Source: Octopus vulgaris (taxonomy: Eukaryota). Taken from it: 64,000 nt of DNA. Below are positions 1-13,065 of the stretch, one piece after another. The notes beneath the pieces are model-generated. The model was not told where the DNA came from and ran no database searches. It saw nothing but the letters and a program-made list of their open reading frames with translations. The stretch's first letter is position 1, and the number at the start of each line of letters is the position of its first letter. The translations under genes were made by a program, and so were the position numbers. Location of the stretch: NCBI GenBank assembly GCA_951406725.2, contig OX597824.1:68448001-68512000 (forward strand). The letters are read 5' to 3'.

Positions 1-127
1 AAAACTTTTCCATTCTTCGAGAACGTTAAACTAATACACCTGCTTATTGTTCCTTCATCTGTTTTCATCTTTTGTCTTCTGTAAATTTGATCTAATGTAC
101 ACACACACACACACACACACACATACT

Positions 128-285
128 ACAGGCTCATTTCAGTTTCCGTCTACCAAATCCACTCACAAGGCTTTGGTCGGCTCGAGGCTATAGTAGAAGA
201 CACTTGCCCAAGGTGCTACGCAGAGGGACTGAACCCAGAACCATGTGTTTGAGAAGATAACTTCTTACGATACAGCCACGCCTGT
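128..285 (-). mobile_element. tRNA-derived SINE family B (CORE-like), 5' part
   Basis: Reverse complement of GGCTGTGTGGTAAG...GGTTCAGTCCC...CCTTGGGCAAGTGTCTTCTACTATAGCC, repeated many times in the window. Confidence 0.8.
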
Positions 286-499
286 GTGAATATATTTATG
301 TATGTGTTACGTATGTGAGTCAGTTAAATAGTTAATTAAATAACAGATGTTTATGTACAATGCTACGGGAATCAATAGCTGTCAGACATATAATGTAACT
401 AAATGTAAATGTATATTTGAAAGCTTTAGTCGTGAACCATGCTTAAGTTTTCAATCGACCAGACTATCGGGTGTTGTTATACACCACTGATCACAATGT

Positions 500-1625
500 T
501 TTTCCAATTCTTTGTTGACTGCGTCATTTCCATCTTGACTCAAATCGATTAACTAAATCGTCTTTCCGTCGTCGTGGAGGCCTTCTGAATGACCGTCGTC
601 TTTTCCGAAATTTTGGATACCACTCATGCAACTACATGGCTCCACCTATTGTCTGTGTACCTTGCGACATGTTTGGTCCAATGGAAAATGTGCTTTCCGT
701 ATTTTTGATCACTTCATTTTACTCCCGATCCGTTCTCGAATGAACTCATTTCGGATATGCTCTCGCAACGATATTCCCAGCATAACTCTTTGTGTCGTAA
801 CTAATCGATGTTCTTCCTCCTTCGTAGTAGCCTTCGCTTCGCTTGAGCACAGGAAGGGCAGTGCTTTTGAAGAGTCTGGTACATATGGTCTTGTTCAGCT
901 TTGATTTGAGCACATCTATCACTGAGGTAAATGCCTTCCATCCTACCCTTATTATCTTCGAGATTTCAATATCCATACCTCGGCGCATATTCATTTTGTT
1001 CCCTAGACGCATTCCTTTATCTCCTCGATTTCATCGTTTTGCACCTCTATTCGGTCATGTATTATGCTTTCAGACCGCATCTATTTTATTTTCAAGCAGT
1101 TCATTTTAAGGCCTTCTGTTGATCCATGATTGTCTGTCAGCATAGACTGTGATTTCGGTGATAAGTACAATGTCATCTACGAAACTGAGGTGTTAGTAGT
1201 TCACCGTTGATGTTCACGCCACCTGTTCAATCAATCTCTCTGATGACCATTTGGGAGACATGCGATCAGAGCTTTGGAGAGATAGTATCTTCTTGTTTGA
1301 CGCTCTTCCCGATTTCAACTTTTATTGTTGGTGATAGCAGAGCTATATCGTGGTGCATCTAGAATTCGCATCCCTGAGCAGTTTGTGGTATGCGCTTCAA
1401 TAATTTGCATTTTCTAGAGATTTCAACACCGCGTTATCTCGACACTATCGAAGGCCTTTCCATAGTCGACGAAAGCGATGCACAGAAGCAGATTGTATTC
1501 TTTCGCTCGTTCTATAAGCTGTTTTAGAGTATGAGTCGATCCATAATCCTGTAGCTCATACAGAAATCAGCTTGCTCCCTCGGTTGCTGGTCATCAAGGT
1601 GTTTCGATAATTTGGTGACTACGAT
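500..1625 (-). mobile_element. Decayed RTE-clade LINE, RT region
   Basis: Minus-strand remnants IAFVDYGKAFDSV, VKQEDTISPKL, SFVDDI and GWKAF, with many stops and frameshifts. Confidence 0.8.
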
Positions 1626-1639
1626 CTTTTGTGCCTTCT

Positions 1640-2030
1640 TCCCTGCTGTATGGAGCTAAACCTGGACCATCTATAAAGCCCAAGTAGAGACGTTACATGC
1701 ATATAGTAGACAGCTACGACGAATTATGAATTTCACTCCCCTTAACAAGTTCAGGAATGAAGTGATCCTAACGACGGGCTGGTCTGCCTCATAGGTTGGA
1801 AAATGCTCATAGACAGAAATTTACGTTGGTTACGTGACGTACATAGGATGGACAACAACAGACTTTCTAGACAAATCCTTTACTCCCAATTCTGTAGGAA
1901 GAAAAGAAACCATAGACGATCTAGACTAAGATTCAAAGATACAGCAAAAGGGAACATGAAGTGGAAAGGGATTGATTATAATAAATGGCAAACACAAGCG
2001 AAAAAAATCTACCAATATGGAGAAAGCTTA
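1640..2030 (+). mobile_element. Decayed RTE (BovB-like) LINE 3' coding fragment
   Basis: LYG..WTIY, RQLRRIM and LRWLRDVHRMDNNRLSRQILYSQ..RLRFKD resemble the RTE C-terminus. Confidence 0.8.
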
Positions 2031-2097
2031 TCAAGTCATGTCAAAGCCTCAGTCACAGTCGCAACGACTGTCTACAGAAAATAATGACTTTTTTAAA

Positions 2098-2490
2098 TCT
2101 CTCTCTGTATAAAGCTGAAGTTGTCTGTGTATGGCAGGTTTGGTAGCCTTCAACTAACACTATCTCCTCCGAGACCCTGCAGCGCAAGTTGATCAAAATT
2201 GAGAGTATGATAGAATAAGACTTGCTCTTCCTTCCGTAGAAGGAAAAATTCAAATCGGACCATGTTAACACCAAAAATTATTTACATGAAAAAGGTGCTT
2301 TTTTTCTATGAAAATCCCTATATTTTACGATTTTTTTGATTGCTGTGTCGCCATTTTTCGGTGTATTTCAACCAAAAAAATGTTCACTTAAAGAGAATAA
2401 CAAGCTACATAATGCAAAATTTTTACTTTTCAAAAATTCCAATTCTAAAGGGTCGAAACAAACCCGAGCAACGCCGGGCGATACTGCTAG
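2098..2490 (+). mobile_element. Non-autonomous Helitron
   Basis: A|TC 5' end, CTAG|T 3' end, subterminal hairpin CCCGAGCAACGCCGGG; closely similar copy at 14797-15186. Confidence 0.8.
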
Positions 2491-3271
2491 TAACTTATAA
2501 AGGTGAGACTAGAGGCGTATGGGGCACCATTCAACATCGGAAGCGATCAAAACTAGCTATGGGCAGAGATCATTAAATCAGTGAGAAGAAGGCTCTGCAC
2601 AACTCGATGCAAAAAGATCAACGTATCAGGATCTTGATGTGTCGCAGTTACAGGAAGCTATCAAGCGGGGGAAGTTTGGAGTTAGCTTGGAAGAGGTTGA
2701 TGAAGGCGAGAGATGCATGTAGAAAACACAAACTGCAAACTAGTGGGGGGGATGGGGGGGTGGGTCTAACGGAAAAATTTCGGACAGGCAAGGGTTTAGG
2801 CAGAAGTAAATGAAATATAATGATTCGATTTTACTGCGATTGTATAAGTTATAAAATGACTGAATCGTTATAACTCGACAATAATACAGCTAGATGCGCG
2901 CGTGTGTGTGTGTGTAGATATTTTCCCTGAATATAGATATGTCTGTACGATGATTTATGCACACACATATGCACGTCTATATACAATATACATATACACG
3001 CCTATATTTATTTATTTGTGTTTCTGTCTGTGTTTATGTTTAAATCGATCTATAAACCTTGTGTTGTTTAGGCTTATGCTTTCTTTTATGTAGCAAACAT
3101 AGTGGATAGACAAATAGAGATCAATAGAAAAACAAGTAATGGGATCAATATGACTCGCTTTAACCCTTGATGGTATAGTGATGCGCCAGAATATCCGCAC
3201 TCAAACACTGAATCCAGTAAAATAATAAAAGACCTACTTTCAATCTGTGCTGTCCCCTCTTTCTACCTTTT

Positions 3272-3332
<61 letters not shown>

Positions 3333-3661
3333 AGCGACCACGGTACCTTAGAGCTGATTATTGTCGTGTTACTTTCATCCATGTCCAATGGACATAATCG
3401 TCTCCCCTTTCTTCGTGACCCATATTGTGATTGCATATACCTCCCTCACAGACCCAACATAAAACACTACGTCCAATCATGCTTTTCCCAGAACAGGAGC
3501 TCTGGGTTTACAAGCAGTTTATGGGCGTAAAAAAAAAGTGAATGAATATTGTCCAAAAAATGAAAGTAAATTGCAATAGAAACCGCAAGTTACGGGAGAG
3601 TGACATCCCATAATTTCATGTAAACAATGTGTATGACATAACCAATGTATAAAACATACAA

Positions 3662-4062
3662 AGCGGCTGTGTGGTAAGTAGCTTGCTCACCAACCAGATG
3701 GTTCCGGGTTCAGTCCCACTGCGTGGCACCTTAGGCAAGTGTCTTCTACTATAGCCTCGGGCCGACCAAAGCCTTGTGAGTGGATTTGGTAGACGGAAAC
3801 TGAAAGAAGCCCGTCGTATATATGTATATATATGTATATGTGTGTTTGTGTGTCTGTGTTTGTCCCTCCAACATCGCTTGACAACCGATACTGGTGTGTT
3901 TACGTCCACGTAACTTAGCGGTTCGGCAAAAGAGACTGTTACAATAAGTACTAGGCTTCCAACGAATAAGTTCTGGGGTCGATATGCTCGACTAAAGGCG
4001 GTGCTCCAGCATGGCCACAGTCAAATGACTGAAACAGGTAAAAGCGTAAAAGAGTAAAAAGA
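3662..4062 (+). mobile_element. tRNA-derived SINE family B, full length, with internal (TA)/(TG) microsatellite
   Basis: A/B-box-like head, CCTTAGGCAAGT CORE-like motif, internal microsatellite, 3' GTAAAAGA repeats. Other copies at ~19304, 28738, 30534, 36055(-), 48225, 49066, 51553, 52818, 57305, 58585, 58792 and 61541. Confidence 0.85.
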
Positions 4063-4661
4063 GAGTATATATGTTATATAATATGAAAAACTATACATAT
4101 ATATTTTTTTTAATAAGATGAAAGCAATCACATTTACGGGAAACAGAACAGTTATGCACGAAAACGGTATTCGTGAATAATTTTTCACGATCTCTAAATT
4201 TGTTTTACCACACTTGCACATGAAGATCTATTTCTTCCTGGTGTATTCATCGCCCTTCAACAGTCTCGTCACTTCCAGTTTCTATTGCAAATTACTTTCA
4301 TTTTTTTAGGACAATTTACTTTCACTTTTCTTAATGTCTGTAAGCTGCATGTTAAACTTTTCCCTGCATCTGTCGCTTTGCAGATCTTCAAGAATGACAT
4401 TACCACGCTAATCTTATAGCTTTTGGTGGTAGAAGAGTAGCCATTCTGCAGCACAGCCATCAAGGGTTTTAACGGATCATATCAATCCCATTAGTTAACC
4501 AAAATCGATCTCTATTTGTCTAACCACTATATTCGCTACATAAAAGGAAGCAAAACATAAAGCCACAAGATTTTAGATAGATTTAAACACAGACAAAAAC
4601 ACACACAAATATACACATGTATCTGTATAGAAACATGTGTGTGTATGTATGCATGTATGTA

Positions 4662-4707
<46 letters not shown>

Positions 4708-5135
4708 TACACATACTCACATATTCATATACATATATGTCTCTCTGGTGGGCTAAGAAATGTAGTGTTTAGACAGCTTAAAGCAAGAATTGGTAATCTT
4801 TTTCGAGAAGTCGGCCGTGTAAGACATGGCATATCATCAGGCGGGCCACACTAATAAAAACATTCATAGTCAATTTTTCGTTGGAATGCTGTTCAGAAAG
4901 TCACGTGCACTTCAGTTTTCCCATGACTGGTTTAAAATAACTTCCGCATACCAATTTCATTTGGACTGGAATTTGAAGTTAGTGAAGAAGAAAAGAAACC
5001 TAACAAGCAGCAATTCAATTTATTGAATTTAAAAGCTGAAATATTTCAGTAACCCTTTATCTACATTCTGGTTATATTCCTGATATTTATTTAAAAGGGT
5101 TTAAAATTTAAGAAAGAGAAGAAAAAAGTTCACTG

Positions 5136-5804
5136 GGATCTTTACCTTTTGACCGACAGATTTAAAAATTAATTTTTTTGTAACTAAACATTTTCAAACT
5201 TCGAACACTGGTAGAATGTGTCATATAAAACATCTTTTACTCTTAGCATTTTTGAGAAAATCTTATATTTACGAAGTTATTTCACGTTAAAGTTGGCCTA
5301 TTTCGGTAATTTCAACTAATCAATGACGTATATTCTTGAATAAAATTACTGCTGTCATTTGTCAACAAGAACTTCCGGCGGTGTATATTTCGCTTGTCAC
5401 TGTTATTTATAACAACCCTAACCCTAAAACCCAAACCCTAAAACCTTAACCCTAACACCTTAACCCTAACACCCTAACCCTAACCCTAAAATCTTAAAAC
5501 CAGTACAAATGCACGAACGATGTCAAAAATAACAGTGACATACGAAAAATACACCGTCAATAGTTGATGTTGACAAACAACGGCAGTAATTTTATTCAGC
5601 TGAATACACGTCATTGATTGGTTGAAATTACCGAAATACGAGAATTTTAACGTGAAATAATTTCGTAAATATAAGTTTTTCTCAAAAATGCTAAGAGTAA
5701 AAGATATTTTATATGACACATTCTACCAGTGTCCGAAGTTTGAAAGTGTTCAGTTACAAAAAATTATCTTTTAAATCTGTAAGTGAAAAGGTAAAGGTAG
5801 AACC
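5136..5804. mobile_element. Fold-back MITE with ~280 bp inverted arms and central (CCCTAA)n-like array
   Basis: 5136-5410 is an imperfect reverse complement of 5522-5804; the centre 5414-5490 is degenerate AACCCT repeats. Confidence 0.8.
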
Positions 5805-6161
5805 ATTGGTGATGACATCATCAACGTCCACCAATGAAATCTCTACTAGTTGTACTAGTGTGAAACAAGCACCACCAATGCCGGGGATTGCCGCTGCTAA
5901 CCTATTCTATTTGATTCTAATACAAAAAAGACAATCGCCTCTTCTCTACTCCTTTTTTTTTTTGAAAAGCGGGTATGAAAGACAGGATTTACAAAGAAAG
6001 TTTAAAACAGTAAATGCTCGTGTTTTATGCTCCTTCAAAAAATATTGCATTGGCTGAGGAAACAATTCCAGAGAAATGTAGATTCTAATATACAAGAGAA
6101 GAGAAAGAAAAAAAGCTCTCTTCTCTACTCCCTTCGTGAAAAGGAGATAAGCAAAGAGAGG

Positions 6162-6583
6162 GGTTCTTTTCGGTTTGAACGGTAGTTTTTTCTAGCGGTG
6201 TCATATGAAATTGTCACCCGTAATTATGACCCTAGTATCGATCTATTGCATTTCAATCTATTTTAGGGTTAGGGTTAGGGGTGGGGTGGGGGAGGGTATC
6301 TTTTTTCTTCACAAATGTAAATAAACCCAATCTGTTTCTTAAACGAGGGACATATTCATACGGCACAGAATGTTTTTTTAGCTCAACAGATGTCAGTGAT
6401 TGGTTGAAATTGAAGAAATTGAAGAAAAAAAAAACAGCAAATATCTTACAAACTATAGAATTTTCTCAATGAAGCCAAGAGAAAAAGATGTTTTATAAAC
6501 ACATTCTACCAGTATACGAAGTTTAAAATCTTTTGGTTACCTAGAAATTATGTTAAAAACTGCCGTTCAAACCGAAAAGATTC
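6162..6583. mobile_element. MITE with short TIRs, 8-bp TSD and internal TTAGGG repeats (Merlin-like, inferred)
   Basis: TIRs GGTTCTTTTCGGTTTGAACGGTAGTTTTT / AAAAACTGCCGTTCAAACCGAAAAGATTC; flanking duplication AAGAGAGG at 6154-6161 and 6584-6591. Confidence 0.7.
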
Positions 6584-6937
6584 AAGAGAGGATCTACAAA
6601 GAAGGTTTAAGATAGTAGGGCTCATGTTTATTAATCAATAACAAATTTTTCCAAAACACCTTTCCATAATAACCAGCCACAAAACCTTATTTTACCATCT
6701 CACACAAACACACACATCAAAGGAAGAGTTTAACTCTAAAAACACTATGTAGAGTCAAGACTAACTCTAATGCATTGTAGTCTGCTGATGGCTTAGCTGA
6801 CCGAAACTTCGAAGTTACTGTCAGCAACATTTTTGTATAAGAATGATGAATTTGTACACTACAAAAATAACCCATCAAATTAATGTAAAATTGTTTTTAT
6901 TATAACTGTACATAATAAAACAAACATTAATATATCC

Positions 6938-7154
6938 TATTTATTTACTACCCACAAGGGGCTAAACACAGAGGGGACAAACAAGGACAGACAAACGGAT
7001 TAAGTCGATTATATCGACCCCAGTGGTACTTATTTAATCGACCCCAAAAGGATGAAAGGCAAAGTGGACCTCGGCGGAACTCAGAACGTAGCGGCAGACG
7101 AAATACCGCTAAGCATTTTGCCCGGCGTGCTAACGTTTCTGCCAGCTCCCCGCC
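6938..7154 (-). mobile_element. tRNA-derived SINE family A (Meta-domain-like central region) with TSD
   Basis: Family head GGCGAGCTGGCAGAA..GAGTTCAAAT; central GACTTTGCCTTTCATCCTTT(C)GGGGTCGAT; TSD TTAATATATCC at 6927-6937 and 7155-7165. Confidence 0.85.
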
Positions 7155-7698
7155 TTAATATATCCACCGTCTGTTATTCATTTAATTATAATACACCATG
7201 GGAATTTACGACTTGTCGGACATCTAGAGTATACCAACAACGTACTACTCAAAGTAACGTGTAATCTGGATCAGTGCCTTATGAGCTAAATACTCATGGG
7301 ATTGGTTTTCTCTGTGTATACAACCGAAATATCCTATCTGATATTTCTATTCTCACCAACCACTGTCATTACCCGACCCTACCTGATGCATACCTATCCA
7401 AGTACCTGATTCTATCGGTATCTTCATCTTACTTCTAATATATATATGTTTAAGTAGTTGAATGAATTATCCTAGTATGGATAATTCGGTTAACCGATAC
7501 CCGGGTAACAAATTCACGTCAGAAAGCACGGTTGAAGCTACATGCCAAGGGCAGAAATCACGTGCTTTCGTGTGGAAATTTGTGAGTTTTTTTACTATAA
7601 ATAAATGAAAGAATAGAAGAATTGAGAATATGCAATCTTCGAAACATATGTCGAGAATAAAGGAATTTTGTTAAATCGTCGTTCGACTCCATTCTTCC

Positions 7699-7732
<34 letters not shown>

Positions 7733-8696
7733 AGCACTCCGTCGGTTACGACGACGAGGGTCTCAGCTGATACGATCAACAGAACAGCTTGCTCGTGAAA
7801 TTAACGTGCAAGTGGTTGAGCAATCCACAGACACGCGTACCCCTAACGTAGTTCACAGCTACTGAAATGATATAAGTAGGTTGTATTAAACGGATGAACC
7901 GATGCCTAAGTGGTAGCAACAATTGCCCGTTCCCGTTGTACCATAGGTAGCAATTTGTTGGAATTAAAAACCTTTTGGAACGCACTATGTTTATTATGAA
8001 AAATATGCTAAAAGATGTTAAATCCTGAGCAACTGTTCAACTATTTTCTTTTAGCTTCAATTTCAAAGTCTTCCTTCTAAGCTTTAGACGAAGCCCATAC
8101 AAATATTCTTCACCTATTGATTACAAACCGAATTACTAATTTATGGTGCCTAAGACCCAGCCACGTTTGTTAGAGAACGTGTCCTTAATGTGACCTTGCG
8201 TGCCCGGACGCTGCATGCAGAGCTGTTTTCGTTTGGGAGCCGAGTTGTCCTCACAATGGTCGCACGCTGTTTACGCGAAGGAGTGCATGGTTGAGCCACG
8301 ACTATAGATTCCAAACCAAAATATTGCATGACAGTGTTGCTTTCAAGCACTTCCTTGGCAACCCCCCCCCGTCACTTACCACATCATTTCTTTCATGTAG
8401 ATTTCTCTCATGTAGTGCTGTTGAGCGCACCCCTAGGCTTAATTTACCACATAGATGTAGTTCCTATGTCTGTTGATTGTTCAGCGTGGTAGCGGCAATG
8501 CCGACAGCCGCAAAGGAGAGTATATCCATTGAGAGCGATTTGATGCGTTCAAAAATCACATACCCACCATCAACCTTTTCATGACAAGGTTAGGTCCTGG
8601 AATCTTCCAAACAGACGCATGACATGTCACTGAGTCGAATTTACTCCACAAATGTTCTGTCGTCAATGCTGCACTTCCCCCCGTATCACATATTTC

Positions 8697-8931
8697 TTAT
8701 TTCTTTACTGCCCACAGGGGGCTTAATAATAGAGGGGACAAACAAGGACAGACAAAGAGGTTAAGTCGATTACATCGATCCCAGTGCGTAACTGGTACTT
8801 ATTTAATCGACCCCGAAAGGATGAAAGGCAAAGTCGAGCTCGGCGGAATTTGAACTCAGAACGTAACAGCAGACGAAATACTGCTAAGCATTTTGCCCGG
8901 CGTGCTAACGTTTCTGCCAGCTCGCCGCCTT
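8697..8931 (-). mobile_element. SINE family A with TSD
   Basis: Full monomer; flanking duplication TATCACATATTTCT. Confidence 0.85.
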
Positions 8932-9479
8932 CATATATCACATATTTCTACTTAACTGTACCATATATGGAAGCACTCCGTCGGTTAAGGCCGGCCCCCT
9001 GAAATACAGGTACAACAGAAACAAGAAGTAAGAGAAAGTTGTGGTGAAAGAGTACAGCAGGGATCACCACCATCCCCTGCCAGAGCCTCGTGGAGCTTTT
9101 TAGGTGTTTTCGCTCAATAAACACTCACAACGCCCGGTCTGGGAATCGAAACCGCGATCCTATGACCGCGAGAGCGCTGCCCTAACCACTAGGCCATTGC
9201 GTACCATATATACAAACTAGGCCATTTAAATTCCAAGCAACGCCGGGTATGCCCGCTAGTATACACACACACACACACACACACACATATTTGTATATGT
9301 ATATATAATCCTTATACTGACTTAAGCGCTTAGTGACCTGAAACAACTTATTAATATCCAAATAATCATATACTTTATTTCAGCATGATAGAGTGAGAGA
9401 GGGAGAGAGAGAGAGAGAGAACAACTGAATGAACAACTAAAAAAAAATCCAAAAAAATAAATAAATAAACAGAACCAAA

Positions 9480-9702
9480 AACACACGCATTTATACAGGA
9501 TTGGTTTCAAACTCAAGTGTAACAGTTTAACTAAAGCATAATCAGACAAAAGAGTTAACGATGTGAATTAATGGAATCAAGACAGTAAGAAATAAAGATA
9601 GATAAAATGCTTCTGTGTAGAATCACCTCGCCTTGCCTCGCCTCGCCTAGGAAATAACTTTGAAACGTCTATAAATTTATGGTTAAGATCTTAGTGTAAT
9701 TT
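9480..9702. repeat. Dispersed duplicated block, copy 1 (copy 2 at ~35440-35652)
   Basis: Core from TATACAGGATTGG to GACAGTAAGAA appears identical between copies; flanks diverge. Confidence 0.85.
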
Positions 9703-9860
9703 AGTGGAGAGAAAAAAAAAAAAATGTAGCATTCTGCCTGATTACTTCCTCTGTCTAATTTATGATACTCCTGGGTTGGGTAACTATATATCTAGCGATG
9801 GGAGATATTGATTCACTGTTGATTTTGTTTTGGGAACAAAGCCATATATATATATATGTA

Positions 9861-9955
<95 letters not shown>

Positions 9956-10284
9956 GTATGTGTATATATACATACATATTTATATATGTATTTGTGTGTA
10001 TACATACATACACACACATATATATGTATATATATATGTGTGTGTGTGTATATCAATGTATATGAGTATGTATATGTATGTCTATATATATATATATACA
10101 CATACATAATATATATATATGTATGTGTATATATACATACATACATACATACAGACATACATACACACATATTGCATACATTTATGTATGTATGCATGTA
10201 TGCATCTATCTATCTATCTATCTTCTCTCTCTGTTCTGTCTCTTCCCCCCTCCCACACATATATATTTATACACACACACACAC

Positions 10285-10326
<42 letters not shown>

Positions 10327-10439
10327 CATGCATATACATACACAGACACTTATATACACACATACAAACACCCATATATATGCATACACACGCACGCACA
10401 ACACATACACATACATCCGGACACACGTACACACACGTA

Positions 10440-10620
10440 TTTTAGACAATACAGACGCATTAGTTACTGCAGCTAAGAAAAATCTACCACAAAATATTGC
10501 TCTTAAGAATATGCTTCCATATAGAACCGATATAGAACCATTACTGAGAATAAACCAAAAGCATTTCAATTCAGGAAGATCAACAGTATCGCAAAATTCT
10601 TACAAATTGGAAGATTTACC
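10440..10620 (+). mobile_element. Highly decayed RTE-like RT fragment
   Basis: [21 protein letters not shown] resembles the NQ.GFR.GRST motif. Confidence 0.45.
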
Positions 10621-10674
10621 GAACGTATCAAAGATCAGAACGTAAAAGCTGTCTTATCAGTTATAGACTATACA

Positions 10675-11447
10675 GAGCGGTGAGTTTGGCAGAAACATTA
10701 GCACGCCGGGCGAAATGCTTAGCAGTATTTCGTCTGTCTTTACGGTCTGAGTTCAAATTCCGCCGAGGTCGACTTTGCCTTTTACTCTTTCGGGGTCGAT
10801 TAAATAAGTACTAGTTACGCATTGGGGTCGGTATAATCGACTTAATCCGTTTGTCTGTCCTTGTTTGTCCCCTCTGTATGTAGCCCCTTGTGGGCAGTAA
10901 AGAAATAAGAAACGTTAGCACGCCGGGCGAAATGCTTAGCAGTATTTCGTCTGTCTTTACGTTCTCAGTTCAAATACCGCCGAGGTCGACTTTGCCTTTC
11001 ATCCTTTCGGGGTCGATTAAATAACTACCAGTTACGCAGTGGGATCGATGTAATCGACTTAATCCCTTTGTCTGTCCTTGTTTGTCCCCTCTATGTTTAG
11101 CCCCTTGTGGGCAATAAAGAAATAAACTTTAGCACGTCGGACGAAACGTTTAGCGATATTTCGTCTGTCTTTACGTTCTGAGTTCAAATTCCGCCAAAGC
11201 CGACTTTACCTCTCATCCTTTCGGGGTCGATGAATTAAGTACCAGTTGCGTACCGGGGTGGATCTAATCGACTGGCCCCATCCCCCAAAATTTCGGGCCT
11301 TGTGCCTAGTGTAGAAAAGAAAAGTTAGCACGTCGGACGAAATGCTTAGTAGTATTTCGTCTGTCTTTACGTTCTGAGTTCAAATTCTGCCGAGGTCGAC
11401 TTTGCCTTTCATCCTTTCGGGGTCGATTAAATAAGTGCCAGTTACTT
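10675..11447 (+). mobile_element. Head-to-tail tetramer of SINE family A
   Basis: Four consecutive units restarting at TTAGCACG; units 1-2 carry the Tx1-like tail, unit 3 carries an alternative tail, and unit 4 is truncated. Confidence 0.85.
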
Positions 11448-11595
11448 ATTTATGTATATACGTACGTATGTTTGTATTTATGTATGAATTTATGTATATA
11501 TATGCACATTGAAAATAAACAGCTGGCCTTAAAAGTCAATTTGCCTTTGAATCTCATTAGTCATGCTCATTATTGAGCTGGGTCTCCAGCTTGTG

Positions 11596-11660
<65 letters not shown>

Positions 11661-11756
11661 GTGTGTATGTGTATGCGTACGCGCACATGTGTCTGCCACT
11701 CGCATATATATAATCCAGTACAACTTTTTCATTGTCTTTTTCGCCAGTACTACCAA

Positions 11757-12060
11757 TTTGTTTTTGTTTGTTCCTTCTGGAGCTATGCCTGGCTCATAAG
11801 GGTCGGTTTCCCGGTTTCCTTGGCGTATAGGTTCTCCACCTGGACGGGACGCCGGTCCGTCGCAGGTGAGCTGCAAGATGCAGGAGGAAAGAGTGAGAGA
11901 AAGTTGTGGTCAGCAAAAGTTCGCCATTACCTTCTGCCGGAGCCGCGTGGTGCTTAGGTGATTCGCTCATAAACACACACATCGCCCGGTCTGAGATTCG
12001 AACCCGCGATCCCTCGATCGCGAGTTCGCTACTCTAACCACTAGGCCATGTGCCTCCGCA
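11757..12060 (-). mobile_element. SINE sharing the family C head but with a different 3' half (V-domain-like motif)
   Basis: Head ATGGCCTAGTGGTTAGAG..GGTTCGAATCT; 3' half has CCTGCGACGGACCGGCGTCCCGTCCAGG. Confidence 0.7.
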
Positions 12061-12503
12061 CTACCAATTTAAGGTGATGAAGATGGTTACTAAAAACCGA
12101 GTTGGACAAAATCCAGACCCCTTCGAAATGAAAGAAGAACCCAATATACGGCCTACAACTATATAACAGCAATTATAACGGAATAGGTACGTATTACCTT
12201 GGAAAATCTCCCGACGAAGCTACGTCATGTGCCCTGCTCTAATTAAGCAGGATTTTACTGGTTTTATCAAAGATCTCAACCATGGTAGCAGATGGTCCGT
12301 TACGTCACATTACGTGATTTATATATGCTATTTCGTTGTATTCCTTTTGTGTCTGAAAACCACTGCGGTTTTCATATCTTTTGTTTTATCTTTTACTTGT
12401 TTCAGTCCTTGGACTACGGCCATTCTGGGGCACCACCTTGAAGGGTTAAGTCGAAGAAATTGACACCGGTACTTAAATATTTTGTAACACTTTTTTTAAG
12501 CGT

Positions 12504-13065
12504 AAGGCGGCGAACTGGGAGAAACGTTAGCACGCAGGGCAAAATTCTTAACGCTTTACGTTCTGAGTTCAAATTTCGCAGAGGTTGACTTTGCCTTTTA
12601 TCCTTTTAGAGGCGATAAGATCAGTACCAGTTGAGCACTGGGTCGATGTAATCGACTTAGCCCACCCCCGCCCCCAAAACTGGTGGCCTTGTGTCAAAAT
12701 TTGAAACCCTTTGTTACCGTATTTCTGTTGACAAATGCTGTCTTTGTTTCAATTAGTTTTTAAAATAATGATAAATTAAGTACCAGTTATGCCCTGGGGT
12801 CGATATAACCGACTTAATCCGTTTGTCTGTCCTTGTTTGTCCTCTTTGTGTTTAGCCCCTTGTGGGTAGTAAAGAAATAGGTATTTCGTCTGCCGTTACG
12901 TTCTGTGTTCAAATTCCGTCGAGGTCGGCTTTGCCTTTCATCCTTTCGGGGTTCGATAAATTAAGTACCAGTTACGCACTGCGGTCGATGTAATTGACTT
13001 AATCCGTTTGTCTGTCCTTGTTTGTTTTCTCTATGTTTAGCCCCTCGTGGGCAATAAAGAAGCAA
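12504..13065 (+). mobile_element. SINE family A cluster (monomer plus partial dimer)
   Basis: Same head and central domain; both tail types present. Confidence 0.8.

Noticed and set aside
5414-5490. Telomere or chromosome-fusion site
   Set aside because: Short, degenerate and enclosed by transposon inverted repeats.
6783-6830. Hammerhead-like CTGATGG..GAAACTTCGAAGTT (and GAAACATATGTC at ~7642)
   Set aside because: Core incomplete and stems I/II poorly supported; at most decayed relics.
8150-8680. Non-repetitive moderately GC-rich stretch
   Set aside because: No motif, long ORF or second copy that I can identify, so it was left unannotated.
9755-10645. Long ORFs of YI/HT/CV repeats (also ~27.3, 37.4, 41.6, 51.0 and 55.2 kb)
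   Set aside because: Translations of TA/CA/TATG microsatellites; no coding signal.
11985-12060. Functional tRNA genes at SINE heads
   Set aside because: A/B-box heads run into SINE bodies and lack a proper acceptor stem.
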